From: Myxococcales bacterium
Lineage (GTDB): Bacteria; Myxococcota_A; UBA9042; JABWCM01; BTVJ01
NCBI GenBank assembly: GCA_045863395.1
Contig: BTVJ01000009.1
Coordinates: 64,001-128,000 of the forward strand
Length of the DNA: 64,000 nt
Reading direction: 5' to 3'
Shown here: one piece after another, positions 58,648 to 64,000 of the stretch
How the letters are laid out: each line of letters opens with the position of its first letter
Position numbering within the stretch: position 1 is the first letter of the stretch
The notes under the pieces: model-generated
Database searches by the model: none
Seen by the model: only the letters and a program-made list of their open reading frames with translations
Told to the model about the DNA's origin: nothing
Position numbers and translations under genes: made by a program

Positions 58648-60099
58648 GTGGGCAAGACGGGTGGATTCCTGAAGATCGGGCGCCAGGACTCGCCGAAGCG
58701 CCCCGTTGGGGAGCGGGTGAGGGACTTCCGCGAGGTGGAGCTCACGGCGCCCGAGCAGACACTCCGGGACCAGGGCGCCCGCTGCATGGGCTGCGGAGTC
58801 CCGTTCTGCCATGGCGGCTGCCCCCTCGGCAACGTGATCCCCGACTGGAATGACCTGGTGTACCGGGGGCGGTGGCGCGAAGCGGCCGAGAGGCTCCACG
58901 CCACGAACAACTTCCCCGAGATCACGGGGAGAATCTGCCCTGCGCCCTGTGAAGAAGCCTGTGTATTGAATATCAACGACGACCCTGTGACCATTCGAGG
59001 GATCGAGCGAGCCGTCGCCGAACGGGCATTTGGTGATGGACTCGCGCCGGTGGTGGCCAAGAGGTCGACCGGCAAGCGGGTGGCGGTGGTGGGGTCTGGC
59101 CCCGCGGGAATGGCCGCCGCGCAGCAGCTCGCGCGGGCGGGCCACGTGGTCGTGCTCTTCGAGCGCAGCGACCGCATCGGGGGGCTCCTGCGTTACGGGA
59201 TCCCGGACTTCAAGCTGGACAAGGGAGTCCTCGACCGGCGGCTCGACCAGATGCAGGCAGAGGGGGTGGAGCTGCGGGCGGGAGTCGACGTGGGGGTGGA
59301 CGTCACGGCGGAGTCTCTGCGGCGCGACTTCGACGCGGTGGTGCTCAGCGGGGGAGCGACGAAGGCACGCGAGCTTCCGCTGCCGGGCCGGTCGTTGGAC
59401 GGGGTCCACCTGGCCATGGACTTCCTCGTGGAGCAGAACCGGGTCGTGGCGGGCCTGTCGAGCGGCGGGATCAGCGCCGCGGGCAAGCGCGTGGTCGTGC
59501 TGGGGGGCGGCGACACGGGGGCAGACTGCGTGGGGACGGCTGCGCGACAAGGGGCAGCCTCGATTCAGCAGATCGAGCTGCTGCCGCGCCCACCGGAGGA
59601 GCGCACCGGAGACATGCCCTGGCCCTGGTGGCCCATGACGCTGCGGACCAGCACGAGCCACGACGAGGGGGCGCAGCGGGAGTGGTCCATCCTGACGAAG
59701 GGATTTGCCGGGGAGAGCCGCGTCGTCGGGCTGGACGTGGTGCGGCTGGCCTGGGAGGTGGGGCCCGAGGGGCGGCGAATGCGCGAGGTGGAGGGCAGCG
59801 AGCACCGCATCGACGCTGACCTCGTGCTGCTGGCGCTGGGGTTCGTCGGACCGGAGAGGGGGCCGCTCCTCGAGAGGCTCGGGGTGGAGCTCGATGGCCG
59901 CGGTGCCGTGCGGGCTGATCGGCGCTACCGGACCAGCGCCGAGCGGGTGTACGCCTGCGGCGACATGCGCCGAGGCCAGTCCCTGGTCGTCTGGGCCATC
60001 TGGGAGGGCCGGGAGGCGGCCCGCTGCGTGGACGAGGATCTGATGGGGCGGACGTCTCTGCCGACGAGCCCGGGTCCGCTGGGGCCCGCGCCTGTCTGA
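58648..60099 (+). CDS. gltD: Glutamate synthase small subunit
   Basis: [10 protein letters not shown]...[43 protein letters not shown]. Confidence 0.97.
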   Translation: MGKTGGFLKIGRQDSPKRPVGERVRDFREVELTAPEQTLRDQGARCMGCGVPFCHGGCPLGNVIPDWNDLVYRGRWREAAERLHATNNFPEITGRICPAPCEEACVLNINDDPVTIRGIERAVAERAFGDGLAPVVAKRSTGKRVAVVGSGPAGMAAAQQLARAGHVVVLFERSDRIGGLLRYGIPDFKLDKGVLDRRLDQMQAEGVELRAGVDVGVDVTAESLRRDFDAVVLSGGATKARELPLPGRSLDGVHLAMDFLVEQNRVVAGLSSGGISAAGKRVVVLGGGDTGADCVGTAARQGAASIQQIELLPRPPEERTGDMPWPWWPMTLRTSTSHDEGAQREWSILTKGFAGESRVVGLDVVRLAWEVGPEGRRMREVEGSEHRIDADLVLLALGFVGPERGPLLERLGVELDGRGAVRADRRYRTSAERVYACGDMRRGQSLVVWAIWEGREAARCVDEDLMGRTSLPTSPGPLGPAPV

Positions 60100-60121
60100 G
60101 CGGACGGCGGAGGGACGAGCC

Positions 60122-60820
60122 ATGGATTGGAGCCACATCGAGGCGCTGACCTTCGACTGCTACGGGACGCTCATCGACTGGGAGACTGGCATCCTGGAGG
60201 CGGTCCGACCCGTCATTGCGCGGTACGGCACCGTGCCCGACGACGACGCGCTCATCGCCCTCTACGCCGACTGCGAGTCCGCGGCAGAGCGCCCCCCGTA
60301 CAAGCCCTACCGAACGGTCCTGCGCTGGACCATGGAGCGCATGGCCCACGGGCTGGGCTTCGAGCTCGAGGAAGAGGACCGCGACGCGCTCGTGGAGTCC
60401 CTCGGGCGGTGGCCGGCCTGGCCGGACACGGCGGAGGCGTTGCGGGCCCTTGGCGGGAGGTGGCGCCTGGCCGTCCTGTCCAACGTGGACCGCGACCTCT
60501 TCGAGCTGACGCGGCCGCTTCTCGGGGTGGGTCTCGACGCCGTGGTCACCGCGGAGGACGTGGGTGGGTACAAGCCTGGCCGGGGGCACTTCGACAGGGG
60601 CCTCGAAGTGCTCGCCCTGCCGCCGGACCGGGTGCTCCACGTGGCACAGAGCGTGTGGCATGACGTAGCGCCGGCGTCAGCGCTGGGCTTCCGCACCGTG
60701 CACGTGGTCCGGCGCCGCAGCGGCCGCGGCTTCGGGGCATCCCTGCCGGCGAGCGCCGCGGCGGACGTGGTGGTGCCGGACCTGGCGACGCTGGCGCGGC
60801 TCGCCGGGTGTGCTGGCTGA
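60122..60820 (+). CDS. HAD-superfamily hydrolase (haloacid dehalogenase type II-like)
   Basis: [26 protein letters not shown]. Confidence 0.9.
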   Translation: MDWSHIEALTFDCYGTLIDWETGILEAVRPVIARYGTVPDDDALIALYADCESAAERPPYKPYRTVLRWTMERMAHGLGFELEEEDRDALVESLGRWPAWPDTAEALRALGGRWRLAVLSNVDRDLFELTRPLLGVGLDAVVTAEDVGGYKPGRGHFDRGLEVLALPPDRVLHVAQSVWHDVAPASALGFRTVHVVRRRSGRGFGASLPASAAADVVVPDLATLARLAGCAG

Positions 60821-60870
60821 GTCAGAGACGAGGGGGCGCGAGCAGTCGGAGGCCCGCGCCCCGACTCACG

Positions 60871-63657
60871 CTACCATGTGCACTGCGGGAACTCGCAGAC
60901 CTGGCAGACCGTGTCGCAGCAGTCGCCGTACGTGAAGCAAACCTCGTCACAGTAGCAGTTGGCGAACGGGTCATACCCACCGCACCTCCCCTCGCACGCG
61001 GTCCCCGACCAGCAGATGGGCTCATGGACGCAGTCTCCCCACGCCGCCTCTTCGCAGTAGTCCGCCGTGCACGGGTCTCCGTCGTCGCAGTCCGTGTAGA
61101 CTCCGCCGGTGCACTCGACGCCCGCCGGCGACGCAGGAGACGCCTCGCAAATCTCCCCGTTGGTGCAGGCGTTGGAGTCGTCACACGGCGCCCCCACGGG
61201 CGAGACCACCCAGTCGCACCCGGTGACGGGGTCGCACAGGTCCTCGGTGCAGGGGTTGCCGTCGTAGCAGCCTCCGGGGAGGCTGACGCAGCCTCCTGCG
61301 TAGGCGTCGCACCAGTCCACGGTACACGGGTTCCCGTCATCACAGTCTGCGGGAGACCCGCCCGCACAGACGGCCCACCACTCGTACCAGGGCAGCGGGG
61401 TACACGCGTCGCCCGTCGTGCACGGGTCGCCGTCGTCGCAGGGCGTGCCAGTGGGCATCGGCGCGTACTGGCACCCGGCCTGCGGGCTGCAGATGTCGAG
61501 TGTACAGGGGTTGCCGTCGTCGCACACCGTCGGGACGTGGACGCAGGCACCCGTCGTCGAGTCGCACCAGTCCCACGTGCAGGAGTCTCCGTCGTCGCAG
61601 TCCTCCAGGTAGGCGCAGCCCGCCGTTGCAAAGCACACGTCCCTGGTGCACGGGATCCCGTCGTCGCAGCGCACGGGGTTGCCACCCATGCACTCTCCCT
61701 TGGCGTTGCAGTGGCGGTTCTCCAGGCACAGGTTGCCGTCGCCGCAGGGTGTGCCGCCTGGCGCCAGGTCGCTCTGGCAGCCGAGCGCGGCGTCGCATCG
61801 GTCGGTCGTGCAGTCGTTTCCGTCGTTGCAGGCGGAGTGGATGGGGTCGTGGCGGCACTCCCCGTCGTCTCCGCAGGAGTCCGCCGTGCACGGGATCCCG
61901 TCGTCGCACGCCATGTAGTTCAGGTAGATGCAGTCTCCATCGACGGTGCAGATGCCTGTCTCCTGGCAGAACCACCACCAGTCACTTGCCCATGGGAGGC
62001 ACACGTCGGTGGTGCAGGCATTGCCATCGTCACAGGAGACAGGGGCGGCCCCCAGACACTTGCCGGAAGGGTCACAGACACCCGTGGTCATGCAGGCCCC
62101 CCCCCCGCACGGAGCACCCTCGGGGAGGGCAGTGAAGACACAGCCTTGGGCCGGGTCGCAGGCGTCCGCCGTGCAGGCGTTGCCGTCGTCGCAGTTGACC
62201 GGGAAGTGCTGACACCACGAGGTCGGGTCACACGGGGGGCAGTCTGGCAGGTCCGGCGGACACGGAAGGCACGCAGGCGAGCAGGCGTCGATGGTGCAGG
62301 CGTCTCCGTCGTCGCAGTCGAGGGGCGTGCCGCCCGTACAGAAGGCATCTGCGTTGCACTGCTCGCCGGAGGTGCAGGCGTCCCAGTCATCGCAGGGCGC
62401 CCCCTCGGGGCTTGGGACGAAGCTGCACCATCCCGCCTCGGGATCGCAGGAGTCCACAGTGCACGGGTTGCCGTCATCGCACCCAGCGGGCCAGACCAGG
62501 CACTCGCCAGTCCACCAGTCGCACTTCTCCGCGGTGCAGGCGTTCCCGTCGTCGCACGCGTCCTGGTAGGTGCATCCCCAAGTCGGGTCACACAGGTCCA
62601 CGGTGCAGGCCGACCCGTCGTCACAAGAGATCGGGGCGCCCTGACACTGCCCGGCCTCGTCGCAGACGGCGTCTCCTGCCATGCAGGGACCCCAGCAGGG
62701 CTCGCCGGGGAGGGCTTGGTGGGCGCAGCCGGCGCTCGGGTCGCAGGTGTCCCGGGTACAGGGGTTCCCGTCGTCGCAGCGCCAGTCCGCGGGGTAGGAG
62801 GTGCACCCACCCGCTTCGTCACAGGTCTCCTCTGTACAGTCCACTCCATCGTCCGGGCACCCGGCGCCCCACCAGGTCTCGCAGCCCCCCCAAGAATTGC
62901 AGAAGTTGGCCGTACAGGCGAGCCCGTCGTCGCAGTCGAGCTCTGCTCCTCCGGTGCACCAGCCGGCCTCGTCGCACGTCTCGCCGGTCGTGCAGAGGTT
63001 GCCGTCGTCGCAGGAGGCTCCAGCCGGGGCCGGGGTGCTCGAACACCAGCCCTGGTCGGGATCGCAGCCGTCGATGGTGCAGGGGTTGCCGTCGTCACAC
63101 CACCACGGCCCGTTGTCGAAGTGCTGGCAGCCGTCGGACGGGTCGCACCAGTCCCACGTGCAGGCGTTTCCGTCGTCGCAGAAGTCCCAGGAGCTGCCCT
63201 CACACATGGCGCCGAAGGTCAGCCCCCGGCACGCATCGTCGAGAGTGCACGGGTTGCCGTCGTCGCAGGGCTTGTTGGGGATCAGCATGTGGACGCAGCC
63301 CGTCTCCTGGTTGCAGCTATCTGCGGTGCACGGGTCGCCGTCGTCGCACTTCTTCGTGCCGCCACCGGCACAGGCCCCGCCCTTGGTACACCGGTCATCG
63401 GCCGTGCAGGCGTTGCCGTCGTCGCAGGGTGCTCCGACGGCGGTCGTAAACTTGCACGCGCCGTTGACGCAGGTGTCCACGGTGCAAGCGTTCCCATCGT
63501 TACAGCTCGCGTCGCTGGCGCAGGCCTGCTTCTTCTGGGCTCCCTGCGCCACTCCCACCTGCTCCACCGACCCACCGCCGGGGTCGGACACGTCTTGGTC
63601 TGATCCACACCCGGACCACACCAGGACGATCGCGCTGAACCACCGAATCGAACCCAT
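60871..63657 (-). CDS. Large Cys/Trp-rich repeat lipoprotein (about 30 CDDGNxCTxDxC-type repeats) with C-terminal somatomedin-B-like domain
   Basis: AAGGAGGAG RBS; signal ending VWSGC; repeats counted by eye; C-terminal CEGRCGG...CYCDEVCFTYGDCCD. Confidence 0.88.
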   Translation of the reverse strand: MGSIRWFSAIVLVWSGCGSDQDVSDPGGGSVEQVGVAQGAQKKQACASDASCNDGNACTVDTCVNGACKFTTAVGAPCDDGNACTADDRCTKGGACAGGGTKKCDDGDPCTADSCNQETGCVHMLIPNKPCDDGNPCTLDDACRGLTFGAMCEGSSWDFCDDGNACTWDWCDPSDGCQHFDNGPWWCDDGNPCTIDGCDPDQGWCSSTPAPAGASCDDGNLCTTGETCDEAGWCTGGAELDCDDGLACTANFCNSWGGCETWWGAGCPDDGVDCTEETCDEAGGCTSYPADWRCDDGNPCTRDTCDPSAGCAHQALPGEPCWGPCMAGDAVCDEAGQCQGAPISCDDGSACTVDLCDPTWGCTYQDACDDGNACTAEKCDWWTGECLVWPAGCDDGNPCTVDSCDPEAGWCSFVPSPEGAPCDDWDACTSGEQCNADAFCTGGTPLDCDDGDACTIDACSPACLPCPPDLPDCPPCDPTSWCQHFPVNCDDGNACTADACDPAQGCVFTALPEGAPCGGGACMTTGVCDPSGKCLGAAPVSCDDGNACTTDVCLPWASDWWWFCQETGICTVDGDCIYLNYMACDDGIPCTADSCGDDGECRHDPIHSACNDGNDCTTDRCDAALGCQSDLAPGGTPCGDGNLCLENRHCNAKGECMGGNPVRCDDGIPCTRDVCFATAGCAYLEDCDDGDSCTWDWCDSTTGACVHVPTVCDDGNPCTLDICSPQAGCQYAPMPTGTPCDDGDPCTTGDACTPLPWYEWWAVCAGGSPADCDDGNPCTVDWCDAYAGGCVSLPGGCYDGNPCTEDLCDPVTGCDWVVSPVGAPCDDSNACTNGEICEASPASPAGVECTGGVYTDCDDGDPCTADYCEEAAWGDCVHEPICWSGTACEGRCGGYDPFANCYCDEVCFTYGDCCDTVCQVCEFPQCTW

Positions 63658-64000
63658 GGCAATCTCCTCCTTTGCTCCATCACCTGCGGTTCGCGACGAC
63701 TGGCCCCGCACCTGTGACTGCAGGAGGGGGCGGATTTTGAAATCTGACGTTTACGGTAGACAGCTACGAATAGAGTCAATAGGCGTAAATGCGCCAGGAC
63801 TACATGGAACGTCACGCCCATGCTGACGAAACTCCACGTCTACCCGACAACGGGGGCAAACGCCTCGACGGTGGGCGGTCGCGGCGCAGGCAGCGGCGGG
63901 GAGGCTGCCCCCAAGCGGTGGCTCGTTGTGCCGGGCGACCGGATGGGCTACGGTACGCCCACGCGCCGAGCGGCTCCCCGCTGCCCCTGGACGAACGGCG

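Noticed and set aside
63753..63779. Minus-strand TTGACT...TACCGT promoter for the Cys-rich gene
   Set aside because: The spacer is only 15 nt; the region is AT-rich and probably regulatory, but this element is not well supported.
63850..63900. GGGCAAACGCC...GGCGGTCGC resembling the start of a c-di-GMP-I riboswitch
   Set aside because: Lacks the GNRA tetraloop and the following GCAAAG element, and points away from the adjacent gene; a covariance-model search would be needed.

Overview
This is a very GC-rich bacterial window. Cys-rich repeat lipoproteins, a PEGA-domain Ser/Thr kinase and large Ig-like/FG-GAP surface proteins suggest a Myxococcota-like host (inference). Housekeeping genes are class III ADH, hom, acyl-CoA dehydrogenase, gltBD, tryptophanase, an Mre11/YhaN-like pair and tRNA-Pro(TGG). 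They are interleaved with accessory blocks: (i) a decaying toxin-antitoxin patch at ~2.1-5.9 kb (MNT-HEPN pair; a small toxin-like ORF coupled to a 506-codon ImmA/IrrE metallopeptidase frame interrupted by two in-frame TGA codons; a possible S41-peptidase remnant); (ii) a secreted/surface protein cluster at 6-19.7 kb (M4 protease, fibre-like protein with a fibrinogen-like tip, apparently circularly permuted alkaline-phosphatase-family lipoprotein, frameshifted Ig/FG-GAP protein); (iii) the best candidate for an undescribed system at 20.2-25.2 kb, where a chorismate mutase-DAHP synthase gene is coupled to a U32-family putative Fe-S hydroxylase, divergent from a double-MerR/TPR regulator and a radical SAM enzyme; (iv) a HEPN-like/NUDIX fusion; (v) a LysR-linked pair of paralogous lipoproteins; (vi) two Cys-rich repeat proteins ending in somatomedin-B-like domains. 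No CRISPR array, rRNA, integrase or transposase was seen. All family calls come from motif recognition by eye, not database searches.
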